From IMG/VR virus record IMGVR_UViG_3300032321_001270, positions 64,001-128,000 of that record: DNA of 64,000 nucleotides; one strand, written 5' to 3'. How positions within the stretch are numbered: the stretch's first letter is position 1; each line of letters starts with the position of its first letter. Source of the stretch: a virus (Duplodnaviria > Caudoviricetes). The position numbers and the translations under genes are program-made. Shown one piece after another: positions 38,555 to 48,700 of the stretch. Under the pieces are notes generated by a model that was not told where the DNA came from, searched no databases, and saw only the letters and a list, made by a program, of their open reading frames with translations.

Positions 38555-39103
38555 CTAGAACTTGACAGGGCTTAGCGCCGCTCGTGCAACGGCCACCGGC
38601 ATAACCACCGGAGGCACACGAGACCGACCCAGCAAGGTCATAGCTCTCACTACGTCCTTCGGAGTTGGCGCTACGCCGTTCTTTACTTCCTTGACCATTT
38701 TCTCAATCGTTTCAAGAAACGTGGTTCGGTCTTTGACAGAGCTAAAATTAAACCTGACAGAAAACTGCGTAACTGTCTTGCCGGCATGCTCGTCTGCAAC
38801 GTCACAACGCTCCCAAACAGATTTGTCGTCGCCGCGCGTATACACGCAACTTAAACGACCTAAGAAATCATAGATAACAAGAACAGCTGATTTGTCAACA
38901 TCAGTAATTAACGAAAACACGTGTGGAAAATGAGTTGCCGGAATAAACGGCAACTTCTCAACAATCTTTTCGTCAAGGTCGAGGCGCTGTAGTTGGAGCG
39001 GGAAGATGCGGTTGCCCAGCTTCTCATCGGCGATGAAAAACTCAGCCTCCAGCGCACCTACACCCGGCTCGATAACAATAGGCACATTACGTACGGAAAA
39101 CAT
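38555..39103 (-). CDS. Hypothetical protein
   Basis: AGGAG upstream; 182 aa. Confidence 0.7.
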   Translation of the reverse strand: MFSVRNVPIVIEPGVGALEAEFFIADEKLGNRIFPLQLQRLDLDEKIVEKLPFIPATHFPHVFSLITDVDKSAVLVIYDFLGRLSCVYTRGDDKSVWERCDVADEHAGKTVTQFSVRFNFSSVKDRTTFLETIEKMVKEVKNGVAPTPKDVVRAMTLLGRSRVPPVVMPVAVARAALSPVKF

Positions 39104-39113
39104 TTCAAGCTCC

Positions 39114-40001
39114 TTATCGTGTCATACCGGATCGACGGCGGGGCTGCGATTCCTGCGACTCGCCGTCCTCTTCGTTTTCTTCTCTCCCGCTAAGTTCTTC
39201 CTGCACTTTGGCGCACATCGCAACGTGATCCGCAACAATGTCCGACATCTTGCTGAAGTTTTCAACAATTTCCGCAAAGTATCCTTGCGTTGTTGCATCA
39301 AATTTACTCGGCGACGCATTTGCGATATCGTCGTAAATGTTGTCGCGCTTCTCGCTAAGCCACAGCGTTTCAGAACGTGCAATAAATCGCCGCTGGTGCT
39401 GCAGCAAATCGTGGATCTGCTGTTTCAATCCCTTCGGGGCCTGATGCGTACGGCCGCTGTTCTTCTGCTTGCCGCGCATTTCTTGCAGCTCTGTCGCCAG
39501 CGTCTTGGCCGTGTAAGCCTCTTCAGCGCACTTCTCCTCGATCGCCGACCGCTGAGTGTCGTCAGGGATCTGTGTCAGAAGCTGCACGTGAGACGTCGTC
39601 AATCTCCACCGCGGTCGGTCCGGGCACCGAAGCCCGAGCAGCCGGGTGATTTCGGCCTCGCTCGGATACTTGTCGAAAAAGGTCACTGCGCCACGAAGCT
39701 GCTCAACGGTGTACACAGGCGCAAAGATCGACATGAGCAACGACGCACCGTCGATATGCTGCGACTGTTGTTCGGCCGTCAGGTAGCGTTCGGGGTCGCC
39801 CTTGACCTCTGTAATCAACCGACCGATCCGCCAGTACGCTGTCAGGCTTGCGGCCTGCGCGTCGCTGAACAAATGATCGATTTCTGACACCACGTCCTGC
39901 AACGCTGGCGTCAGATTTTCTACTGCTACTAAATACGGCGAGTTACGCGATTCGATAAGCTCAGCCTGAATCATCGCCGCCGCTTTAGATTTCCTACCCA
40001 T
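39114..40001 (-). CDS. DUF1016 N-terminal (YhcG-N)-like domain protein
   Basis: AYWRIGRLI...FFDKYP...LTTSHVQLL...R...Y...L pattern; start MGRKSK follows AGGAG. Confidence 0.55.
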   Translation of the reverse strand: MGRKSKAAAMIQAELIESRNSPYLVAVENLTPALQDVVSEIDHLFSDAQAASLTAYWRIGRLITEVKGDPERYLTAEQQSQHIDGASLLMSIFAPVYTVEQLRGAVTFFDKYPSEAEITRLLGLRCPDRPRWRLTTSHVQLLTQIPDDTQRSAIEEKCAEEAYTAKTLATELQEMRGKQKNSGRTHQAPKGLKQQIHDLLQHQRRFIARSETLWLSEKRDNIYDDIANASPSKFDATTQGYFAEIVENFSKMSDIVADHVAMCAKVQEELSGREENEEDGESQESQPRRRSGMTR

Positions 40002-40029
40002 TGAAGCTCTCCTTAAAGAGTGAAGTAAA

Positions 40030-41184
40030 CTATTTACGCTTCCGACTTTTTGTCTCAGGAAGCAGAATTTGAAGCGCTGTGGTTTGCAGTTGATCGCGGA
40101 GCGTGTGGTAATGCCCGCGGGAACACCGCAATATAGAACAGAACAGATCGTAGGCTGTTCGTGTGCGTAATACCTCCTTTGTAAATACATCCATAACGTC
40201 ACGCGCTTCGATGTCTGCGCCGACGGTGGTTGTGTTTTTGATGATCTGTTTCGCGTCTTCTCGTGGAATCTTGAATTTCATCAGATAGGACAGCCACTTC
40301 TCATTCGCGGCTTCCATACTTGCCCGGTCGTCTGAGAACTCAAGCGACAAGCTGGTCAACGCTCGGGTGCGCTGGGCAACAAAATTCATATCAATAACGC
40401 GCTCAGAAACTTTGCCGGCCAGAACCGCAGTGCGGCCGACAAGATCAGCGCCGGTGTGGTTTAGACGACCACCAGAGCCGGGTGAAGACAGCGCCACACC
40501 GAATTTGGTGTATAGGCATGTCGAGGCCCGAATGGCGTTACCAGTGTCCTCGCGGTTCGAGAAATACCAACCCGCAGCGAACGTGTGACGCGGGTCAGTA
40601 TAGATATCAGTACGCCGCGATGTGGGGTCGATGAAATACAGGCGCAGTTCTCGGCCCAGCAGCTCTGCCCGGAAGAACTCCGCCGCAGGTTGCTTGTCGT
40701 GCAGCTCGTTACGAACGGTTTCAAGAAATACGCTGTTGTCGAGCATCCGGTGATCGAGGCCAAGAAAGCCCTCAATCGTGCGCTCGCGGTGATTGACGAG
40801 AAGATTGCGTTCGCGAAGCGCATCGAAGCGCACTCGTAGCGTGGTGTTGTAAACACTCACCGCGGCCGCAATGTCTGTAGCCTTGCCCAGCGTTTTAAGT
40901 TGACGGACGTTTTCGCCAGACAGCTCGTTGAACAGCTGCGACAGCCCGACCGACAGCACCGACGACAAGGCGCGAAAACCAATAGGGTTAAAGCGGTAAC
41001 CGCTTTCGGTGATTCTGCCGTCGGCCGCCATGACCAGCTGCGCTTCGTCCACAACCGGGACTGATTCTGTGCTGGCCGACCGGGCTTCAAGAAAGTTCCG
41101 GCACTCTTCGAACTGACTCGCAGAGAACGAGAACGCCGGCACAGGCGCAAACACACTGCGCACAGTTGTTCCCGCCGACGCCAT
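40030..41184 (-). CDS. DUF932-like protein
   Basis: LLVNH...GFLG...LDN...ELRLYFI...GWYFSNREDTG..I pattern resembles DUF932. Confidence 0.45.
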   Translation of the reverse strand: MASAGTTVRSVFAPVPAFSFSASQFEECRNFLEARSASTESVPVVDEAQLVMAADGRITESGYRFNPIGFRALSSVLSVGLSQLFNELSGENVRQLKTLGKATDIAAAVSVYNTTLRVRFDALRERNLLVNHRERTIEGFLGLDHRMLDNSVFLETVRNELHDKQPAAEFFRAELLGRELRLYFIDPTSRRTDIYTDPRHTFAAGWYFSNREDTGNAIRASTCLYTKFGVALSSPGSGGRLNHTGADLVGRTAVLAGKVSERVIDMNFVAQRTRALTSLSLEFSDDRASMEAANEKWLSYLMKFKIPREDAKQIIKNTTTVGADIEARDVMDVFTKEVLRTRTAYDLFCSILRCSRGHYHTLRDQLQTTALQILLPETKSRKRK

Positions 41185-41201
41185 CCGGCCCTCCGTGCCA
41201 A

Positions 41202-41768
41202 TCAGTCGTAATACCAGTCAAATCCTATAGACCCGAACAGGGTCGATGTGTGCTCAACAACAAAGTAGTTTTTGTTTGTCGGCGGGAAACTGCAACGCCA
41301 CTGAATACGCGGAACATCAGGCCCGTCATCCGCATTGTGGTTATGTGCGCAAAGCATTGTGCGCACAACCGGGAAGCACATAATAAACCGACGTTCTGTG
41401 TTGACTTCGAGTCTGTGAAGATTCTTAGCCACCGCAGCGCATAATCTGTTTTTACCGTTTTTCGGTAGTTTGAACAGATCGGCAAGCGTCAGTTCGTGGA
41501 GCCGCGGAATTCGACGTCCGTAAAGCAGGCCGGGAAACCGGTGGAACTCGGAGTTAAACCAACTGAAGTTAAGTTTGTCATGCCCGGTCATATCACGGCA
41601 TTCGTTCACAAACTTGCCCCAGCCAGATATCTTAATCCCGCATTCTTTAAACACGCGCTTGATAATCCGTTCTTCAAACGCAAGCTGCCGCTGAAAACGG
41701 ATGGCATCAGCGCCCTGACTGTCCTGATTGAACAGCTCGTTGAAGAACTGGTCGCGTGGGTCAGACAT
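41202..41768 (-). CDS. Hypothetical protein
   Basis: ATGA overlap with the upstream gene. Confidence 0.65.
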   Translation of the reverse strand: MSDPRDQFFNELFNQDSQGADAIRFQRQLAFEERIIKRVFKECGIKISGWGKFVNECRDMTGHDKLNFSWFNSEFHRFPGLLYGRRIPRLHELTLADLFKLPKNGKNRLCAAVAKNLHRLEVNTERRFIMCFPVVRTMLCAHNHNADDGPDVPRIQWRCSFPPTNKNYFVVEHTSTLFGSIGFDWYYD

Positions 41769-41770
41769 GA

Positions 41771-41980
41771 TCAGGGCGCCGAAAACGGTTTAAAGTAATT
41801 CTCAATTGAATCCGGTGAAGGGAGCGGCATCCATAGCAGCAGCTCTGATCTCGCCGCAAGTTCGCCGCCCGTCACCATGAACTGGTCATGTGTTTTTGGG
41901 TCTGCGGCTAGTACTTGATCGTGCCGGCCGGGAAGCCGTTCGTTTACGTGCGTCCATTTTCCAAATTTAGGTTCTTTCAT
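41771..41980 (-). CDS. DUF551-like small protein
   Basis: W..V.ERLP...VL...WMPLP signature. Confidence 0.65.
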   Translation of the reverse strand: MKEPKFGKWTHVNERLPGRHDQVLAADPKTHDQFMVTGGELAARSELLLWMPLPSPDSIENYFKPFSAP

Positions 41981-42152
41981 TTAACACCTTTGCAGTTTCT
42001 TGCAGTAGTTCTTCTGCAGTGATGATCTTGTCACAAGCGCTTTCGCCCGGGGACACACACTGATGCTCTGCTAATACGTCGCGCACCACCCACGCCAACC
42101 AATCTATTTCTTCTTTTGTAAACGAAATTGTCGTGCCGCGTGGAGCGGTCAT
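41967..42152 (-). CDS. Hypothetical protein
   Basis: Start overlaps the upstream stop. Confidence 0.55.
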   Translation of the reverse strand: MTAPRGTTISFTKEEIDWLAWVVRDVLAEHQCVSPGESACDKIITAEELLQETAKVLNERT

Positions 42153-42496
42153 CAGCTCTCCTCCTGCTGCGGAAATACCAACGGGATCACCGGATTGGAG
42201 TTAATTATGTCACCGACGTCAGCGTCTTCTGCATGAACACCACGATACGCATAAAAATTCCACCAGCGATTTGCTCTCACCGGGTCTGGTTGCTGAAACA
42301 TGCAATACCAGTGGCATACGTCATTACCGTTTTCGTCCTGCACTTTTTGATAGAACAGCGCTGGCGCTTCGTAATAAATATCTGGGTAAAGTTCCTCTAC
42401 ATTTTCCGGCTCCATGACCGGTATATCGCGACCGTCGAGTGGCCCGCCAAAACATGTCATTAGCGCCCAGCCGCGGCAATCTTCAGCTTTTATCAT
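42152..42496 (-). CDS. Hypothetical protein (GGPLDG motif)
   Basis: Coupled stop/start; CFGGPLDG motif. Confidence 0.6.
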   Translation of the reverse strand: MIKAEDCRGWALMTCFGGPLDGRDIPVMEPENVEELYPDIYYEAPALFYQKVQDENGNDVCHWYCMFQQPDPVRANRWWNFYAYRGVHAEDADVGDIINSNPVIPLVFPQQEES

Positions 42497-42819
42497 TAGT
42501 CTTTATCCCGGTTGTACCAGTCTGGTTCCAGATCAGGGTCATAGTTGTTTTTATTAGAGCCCGGATACCCAACAATTACATTACGCCACAGCGCCTCGCG
42601 AACTGTGCCGGCATACGCATAAAACTGCATAACCGGCACCAGATCGCCTTTTGCTGCCGTATAGTGCGTCAACAAAACATAAAAATGCTCAACATTATCA
42701 GGGTCACGATATGAGAGCATGCCGCCGCGGCCGTTATTAAGATCACCCGTGCTGCACCAATAACCGTCTTTTGGCCCGCCATAATGTTCACACCAGTTAT
42801 AGTCGGATTTTTTAAGCAT
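42496..42819 (-). CDS. Hypothetical protein (GGPKDG motif), possible paralog of 42152..42496
   Basis: Coupled stop/start; YGGPKDG and FYAYAG versus FYAYRG in the neighbour. Confidence 0.6.
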   Translation of the reverse strand: MLKKSDYNWCEHYGGPKDGYWCSTGDLNNGRGGMLSYRDPDNVEHFYVLLTHYTAAKGDLVPVMQFYAYAGTVREALWRNVIVGYPGSNKNNYDPDLEPDWYNRDKD

Positions 42820-44189
42820 TAGTCCACCTGTCCAAGAGGATCAAAATCGGAGCCGACGACATCGCCTACGATGTTAGAAGCCGCCATGAGCTCAGGTACA
42901 TCCGTCATCTCGCGTTGCTTTAGCTCGGCAAGAACCTGCTCACGATAGCGCCGCGCCGGATCACAAATGGTGTAGTCGTTCACGCCAAGCAGGCCGTGAA
43001 GCATACCCAGCACCTTTTTGTTCTCCTCCAGAATCATGGACGCTTCGACCTCTGACACGGCCTGCTGCTTCGTGATGCCAAGCGCAGTCGAGTAAACAAG
43101 CGGCGTGTCAGAATTCTTGGTGCCGTGCTTGTACTCCAAATCGCAAACCTGCTTGATCAGGCCCGGGAGCTTAGGATCCATACCGGGCATTGGTTTACCT
43201 TCGCCGGTCTGCAGTTCTACGAGCAACCTAATCGACGCGGTGTGCCAGTCCCAGAAATGAAACTGCTGGTTCTTATAAGTATCATTACCGTTGGCGTCCT
43301 TGGCCTCGACAATCTCGTTGTACCAGAGCAGGTTTACAACGATCTTACGACCGGGAGCGCCGAGATTGTTTTTGGTGGCAACGATACGCACCGACTGGCC
43401 CTCGTACCGCCCAGTGATGTTCTTGACCGAAGCCTTGGACATGTCTAGGATCAACGTCGGGTAGTAGTCGAGGCTCGCGCCGCCCGGAGCATACTTCTTC
43501 GGCGGGCCAAACCCCATGGAGTTAATTTCTTCCTTGAGATGATTGGTCGCCACAAAAGCAATCGGGTAATGCCGCAGAGTGGGCACTAAAGCCGTCCGCA
43601 TGAAATCCGACAGGTTGCGGGCGAGATACGGATGGCCAGCCGCGGCGTGCCCTTCGTCTGCAACCTTCTCGACGCGCCTATCTACCTCGACAGCCGAGAT
43701 GGAGTCGACGCCAATGCAGATCGGGATAACCCTGTCTGGCGCGTTAGCCGCGTCGATCTGCTTGTGAATAGCCTGACAGAAGCCCATGTACTTTTTCTGC
43801 CACTCTTCCACACTCGCTGCCGTCTCGACGCGTGTCCGGCTGATGTACTGCTGGTTGTGTCCGAACAAGCCAGCCATCATCGTCGGAGAGCCCTTGTTCT
43901 CCGTGTCGATCATGATGGCGCCGCCGCCATAAACATGGAACCAGCGCATGATCTCCGTGAGCATCGCAGACTTGCCGGCACTAAACTCGCCGCGGAGCTG
44001 GGTAAACCGGCTTAGCGGAAAGATGTTGGCTTGCAACAGATATCGCGCAGCCAGTGTCGGGAGCGGCAGACCGATCAGCGGATCTTGATCTTCCGCCGAC
44101 GCTTTAAGAACTTCGGTGATGACCGGGTGTTCACCGTTACGGGCAAACACATCTACTTCTTCTGTTTCTTCTTTACGTTTGCGACCCAT
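42819..44189 (-). CDS. recA: RecA/UvsX-like recombinase
   Basis: GEFSAGKS Walker A, IDTE, GVDSIS Walker B, ATNH, PGGASLDYY and KNNLG motifs. Confidence 0.9.
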   Translation of the reverse strand: MGRKRKEETEEVDVFARNGEHPVITEVLKASAEDQDPLIGLPLPTLAARYLLQANIFPLSRFTQLRGEFSAGKSAMLTEIMRWFHVYGGGAIMIDTENKGSPTMMAGLFGHNQQYISRTRVETAASVEEWQKKYMGFCQAIHKQIDAANAPDRVIPICIGVDSISAVEVDRRVEKVADEGHAAAGHPYLARNLSDFMRTALVPTLRHYPIAFVATNHLKEEINSMGFGPPKKYAPGGASLDYYPTLILDMSKASVKNITGRYEGQSVRIVATKNNLGAPGRKIVVNLLWYNEIVEAKDANGNDTYKNQQFHFWDWHTASIRLLVELQTGEGKPMPGMDPKLPGLIKQVCDLEYKHGTKNSDTPLVYSTALGITKQQAVSEVEASMILEENKKVLGMLHGLLGVNDYTICDPARRYREQVLAELKQREMTDVPELMAASNIVGDVVGSDFDPLGQVD

Positions 44190-44285
44190 AAATTTCCTTC
44201 GTTGTAAAATGCGCGCTAGAAATAACCGTCTTGAGGCCGGGGCGAAAAGCCCGGGCAGCCCACGACCCCAAGACGGCAAAAGAAA

Positions 44286-45722
44286 CTACTTCGACGACGC
44301 GCGTGCACGGGCACGGGCCAGAATGTCAGCCGAATCGCGCTTGGGCGCTGCTACAGCCGGCGGTGCCGGCGGCGCAGGAGGCGCGCTGGAGAAGATATCC
44401 GCAACGCTCTCAGCCGCCTCTTCCGAGATTTCGGCTTCGGGCTGCGGGTCCCATGGTGCTACCGGATCAGTCTGCGGCGCAGCGCGCTTTACGGGCGCTG
44501 ACATGCGAGCTTTGGGAGCCGGCTCTTCCAGATCATCAACCGCCGTGTTCACGCCCTGAAACGTCGACGTACCCTTCGGCAGCGCCCGGAGGTACTGCGG
44601 GAAGTCACGCCACGCAAAGTCGAGCGCTTCACGAGGGAACACGGGAGCCAGCATTTCAGCCTGCTCCTCGTACGACGGCAGCCGCAGGTAATCAGCCCAC
44701 GTGCCGGTCTCAGCAACAATCCGCTCTGCGTACGGCTCCAGCGAAATCTCCTGACCGTTAAACGTGTCATGGAGAATACCGAAGTGCGTGTAGTCACTCC
44801 GCGAGTGCGGATAACCCACGATGTACTGCGCATTGGCAGGACCGCGCGCAAACTTCGGGCACTGAAACGTAGCCGGACCCTCTGCGCCGACAGCAATCAA
44901 GTTAGCGCTGCCGCTCTTGAACGCTTCGGGCAGAATGGTGAACAACTTCGAGTTGCTGAATGACAGCATATCTCCGCTCAGGAACGCGCCTGTGCTTTCA
45001 TCACGCACGCTGAGCGCAGAATGCATCGCCTCTGCGGCACTGGTCTTCAGTCCGATGATGCGGGCATTCCGCTTCTGGTCATCCGAGAACGCGCCAAGAG
45101 TAATCTTGCCGTGTTCGTCGACGTATACGACGCTAGCCGAGATAAACAACGTTTTCTCAGGTTTCTTGAGCGAACCAACGTGAGAGCTACGCACAAACTC
45201 CTTCGACAGCAGTTCCGAAAACAGCCGGCCCAACGTCGGGTGCGGGTTGTCCTTAGAGTTGTCGTAGGCTACCTTGCGCAGTACGTGCAGCGGGCTTTCG
45301 TACAGGTTCACTTCCGGGTTGCCGTCGTGAACGATGAAACAGATGCCCGGGTTACCAACCCAGTGGGCGCACGTTACAAGGCGGCTCCAGTCGCCGTAGG
45401 CCACTTCTGCGTGACCTTCACGAAAGTTGGCGAACGACTTGTCGGCGCCTTCCTCGTAGATGGGAAGCAGCCGCAAGCAAAGGCCGTTTCCAAGAAGTTC
45501 GCCGCCGGCTGCGATCAGAACATTGTTCTGTTTGCCGTAAGCGTAGCGACTCTTACTGTTAGAGCCGCCGGTACCGATGTTATTAGCTTTACGGTACTCG
45601 GGATCAATAGCCGCCAAATTCGCCGCGTTATAGCGTGGCATAAAAACCTTTCTATGTAATTGAGGGCCCTGTTGCCCTGTGTTGATGTCTGCCACTATAG
45701 CAGACAAAACCCTTCTGTCCAT
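44286..45722 (-). CDS. Probable single-stranded DNA-binding protein
   Basis: Lies between the polymerase and RecA; CLRLLPI motif; acidic/Pro-Ala C-terminal region. Function is inferred from position. Confidence 0.45.
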   Translation of the reverse strand: MDRRVLSAIVADINTGQQGPQLHRKVFMPRYNAANLAAIDPEYRKANNIGTGGSNSKSRYAYGKQNNVLIAAGGELLGNGLCLRLLPIYEEGADKSFANFREGHAEVAYGDWSRLVTCAHWVGNPGICFIVHDGNPEVNLYESPLHVLRKVAYDNSKDNPHPTLGRLFSELLSKEFVRSSHVGSLKKPEKTLFISASVVYVDEHGKITLGAFSDDQKRNARIIGLKTSAAEAMHSALSVRDESTGAFLSGDMLSFSNSKLFTILPEAFKSGSANLIAVGAEGPATFQCPKFARGPANAQYIVGYPHSRSDYTHFGILHDTFNGQEISLEPYAERIVAETGTWADYLRLPSYEEQAEMLAPVFPREALDFAWRDFPQYLRALPKGTSTFQGVNTAVDDLEEPAPKARMSAPVKRAAPQTDPVAPWDPQPEAEISEEAAESVADIFSSAPPAPPAPPAVAAPKRDSADILARARARASSK

Positions 45723-45724
45723 AC

Positions 45725-48700
45725 CTACTCATCACAAAACCAATCGACTCCCAAACCCCTAGATTTCTCGGGTTTTAGGTTCTCCCCCCAATGGAAAAAC
45801 ACGTCTCGGCTCATGCCGAAGTGATACGGCCCGGCACCCGCAATCAAAGTGCCGTCCAACTGCCGCGGCCAAAATTCCACGGCGTCGATCATGCAGTACG
45901 GAATAACTTTTTTGTACACGCGTTCAGCGTGCTCAAGCGGCACAAGAAGCACAATTGCGTCATGGATCTGTAGCGCAATTTTGTAGTCAATGTCCGTGTG
46001 CTCTTCGCGGTACTTGTAAAAGTTATTAAGCGCAATAGACACCGCGTCAGCAACGCCACCTTGAATCGGGAAGTTCTGTGCCTGTCGTTCTTGTTCGCCG
46101 CGAACGGCTCTGTCCTTCGAAGGGACAAAGCGGCGAAACCGACCGTACGGCCCCATCAACCACCCGGGATTCTGAGACCGCAACCGGCACTCGGCCAGAA
46201 ATGTTTTGGTACCCGGATATGACTTGAAGTAGGCGTCGATCATCGCTTGGCACTGTTCGGCCGTAACTTCGTGACCTTCCTCTTTGCACTGCCGCGCCAA
46301 GGCTTCAGAACCACGACCGTACGGAATACCGAAATTCACGTTCTTGGCCGCGACGCGCAAACCCTTTACGCCGGCGTCGGCCATACCTTGCTTTGTCGGC
46401 ACGACGCCGTCAAGGTGGAACGTTTTCACAGCCTGCTGGCTGTGGATGTCGTAGTGGTCCGGGTGATCCTCGGGAAGAAGATTGCGCCGGACGTGCTCGA
46501 TCATGTTTTTGTCCTGCGACAGCCACGCGAGGACGGCCAGTTCCGCACCAGTGAGGTCCGTTTCCATGCCAACGTATCCTTCCGGTACACGGAGGATAGA
46601 TCGGACGGGATGCTGATATTTATCTTTTCCGATGATGCGTTTGTAATCGTCTTCCCGCCGCGAACTAAGGTTTTGAAGCGGCGGACGAGAGGAAGAAGCA
46701 CGTCCTGTTTCCTTGGTCTGGAACATGTGCGTGCGCACCTTACCGTCCGCGTGCACGCATCCAACCAGACCTTTTTCATACGTGTAATTACCGTTTTCAT
46801 CGGTTTCAATCTCTCCCTCTTCGTTTTCAGACGGCTTGCGTAATACAGACTGCAGCACTTGACTTGTAAACTTGTAGTCGCGAATCTTGGCTGCCGTCGA
46901 ATTCAGGTGCCCAAGAATACCAAGACTTTCTTTGTCTGTGCTGGGCGTAGCCGTTTCCGGGTTGACTCCGCGGTAGTGCATTTCATTCCAAAGCACGGGC
47001 CGCTTACCAGTTGTCTTCACGGGCCGAAGATCAAGCGTACGCGCGTCATCAGGTACAGCGGGAGCATTTGTATACCTGTCTGCAAAATCTCGCCCAAACA
47101 ACGCAATCGATAGCTGTGGCTGCGACTTGGGGTTGAAGTTTGGCCAACTCAGTTCTTCGCGAATTTCAGCTAGTAGCCGATCTTGCGTATTCATAAACAA
47201 CGTCGTCAACTCGTCCGCGCGATTGCGGTCAATTTCAAGTCCTGTCATTTCCATTTCTAGGAACGCCAGCGACGAGTTGTGCGCAGTCCAGTACGGCATC
47301 CAGCAATCGTGCCCGGTGTTGGACCGGGCGATCAAACCATCTGTGCCGTTCGTTCCATAGAACCGCATCATGATTCGCCGCGTTACGTCGACGTCGTATG
47401 AGGCGTACGGGTGCAGTACGTGCGCCGGGCAATTACCGTAACCGCCGATTTCACTAGCTTTCAATTTGTTATCAGCCCGGTATTTCTTCTTCCATGCGTC
47501 CAGCGGTTCCCAGTACGTCGGAGCCGTTGTAAACCGCATAGAACACTCGTCGAGGCCATACCGGGCGCACTCGTTGACTGCGTGGTACATAAGGCTCGTG
47601 TCCCAGCCGCCGTGTGTGCGGTCGTCTGGATCGCTTGCCGGCGCATATTCCGGGCGAACGTCAACGCCGAAGTCGTATAGCCACGGCAAGTCAGCCCGGA
47701 AGAAATGACCACCCACGCGAACATGACGCTCCGGCGTACTCTTGAGCAAGCGCTGCAGCTGCGCTCGGGCAGCAGCCAGATTCGGCTGGAAGGCTTCCGC
47801 GCCGCCTTCGTGCCGCAACACAATTGTCCGCGCCCACTTGTCTTTATTAGATATCTGAACCGTGCGCAGATACGCGTCCTCTTCGGTCGGGTAATCGCCG
47901 TGCCACTCGCAGTCGATGGCGATGATGTTTGCATTCGGGTCGGGGTCAGCGATCATGGCGTCCACGATTTCTGTCAGCGCCGCCTCTGTGTAAACATCCG
48001 CGTGATCGACGGCTTCTTCGTCTAGGATCTGGTCGTTGATGAGGGCCGTAAAACGCCGAATCTGACCGATAAAATCTTCGGTCACTTCGGGCTTGCGCAC
48101 CACGAATGACGGGTGCATGACGGCCATAGCCTTGATTTGCCGCGCTGCTCCTTCGGCGTCATACGCAGAAACGTCAAGAATTCGACCAGACAAACCCGTC
48201 ACGGCGCTGTTGGTCTTCATAACGGCTTTAATCGCCTCGTTGCCCAAGCACAGAATGAATTCAGGCTGCACCATGCGGATTTCCTGTTCCAGCAGAATGG
48301 CGCAGTTTTTAATCCACGCTGCTGGAACCGCCGTGATATCGTCAGACGGCGCAGCAAATTTACAAGCGAACGTCACATACCAATTTTCATACGTCTCAGG
48401 CTGAATGCCGCAGTCGGCAAAAATTTCAGCGAGCGCAACCATACCCGGGCCGACGGTGGCGCTCAGCTGCTCCATCTCGTAGTAGCCGGGCAGCTTACCG
48501 ACGACCATGACCTTGGATTTGTGCCACGGGCCATAGATATCAATAGGCTCTCCCGGCTTTCCCCAGCGATGTCCGGGCAGGAACTGTACGCTGATCAAAT
48601 CTTTAGAGGACTTGTGTGAAATCGGTAGATGAAAATCTGACCGATACAGCGCGTTCCGGTACAGGTTGATAAGGTGCGTGCCGACCGGCACCGTTTTCTT

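Noticed and set aside
39006-39887. 293-aa plus-strand ORF and other plus-strand ORFs over 150 aa (for example 36759..37400, 45021..45659, 12036..12689)
   Set aside because: Each lies fully antisense to a better-supported minus-strand gene and shows no recognisable motifs.
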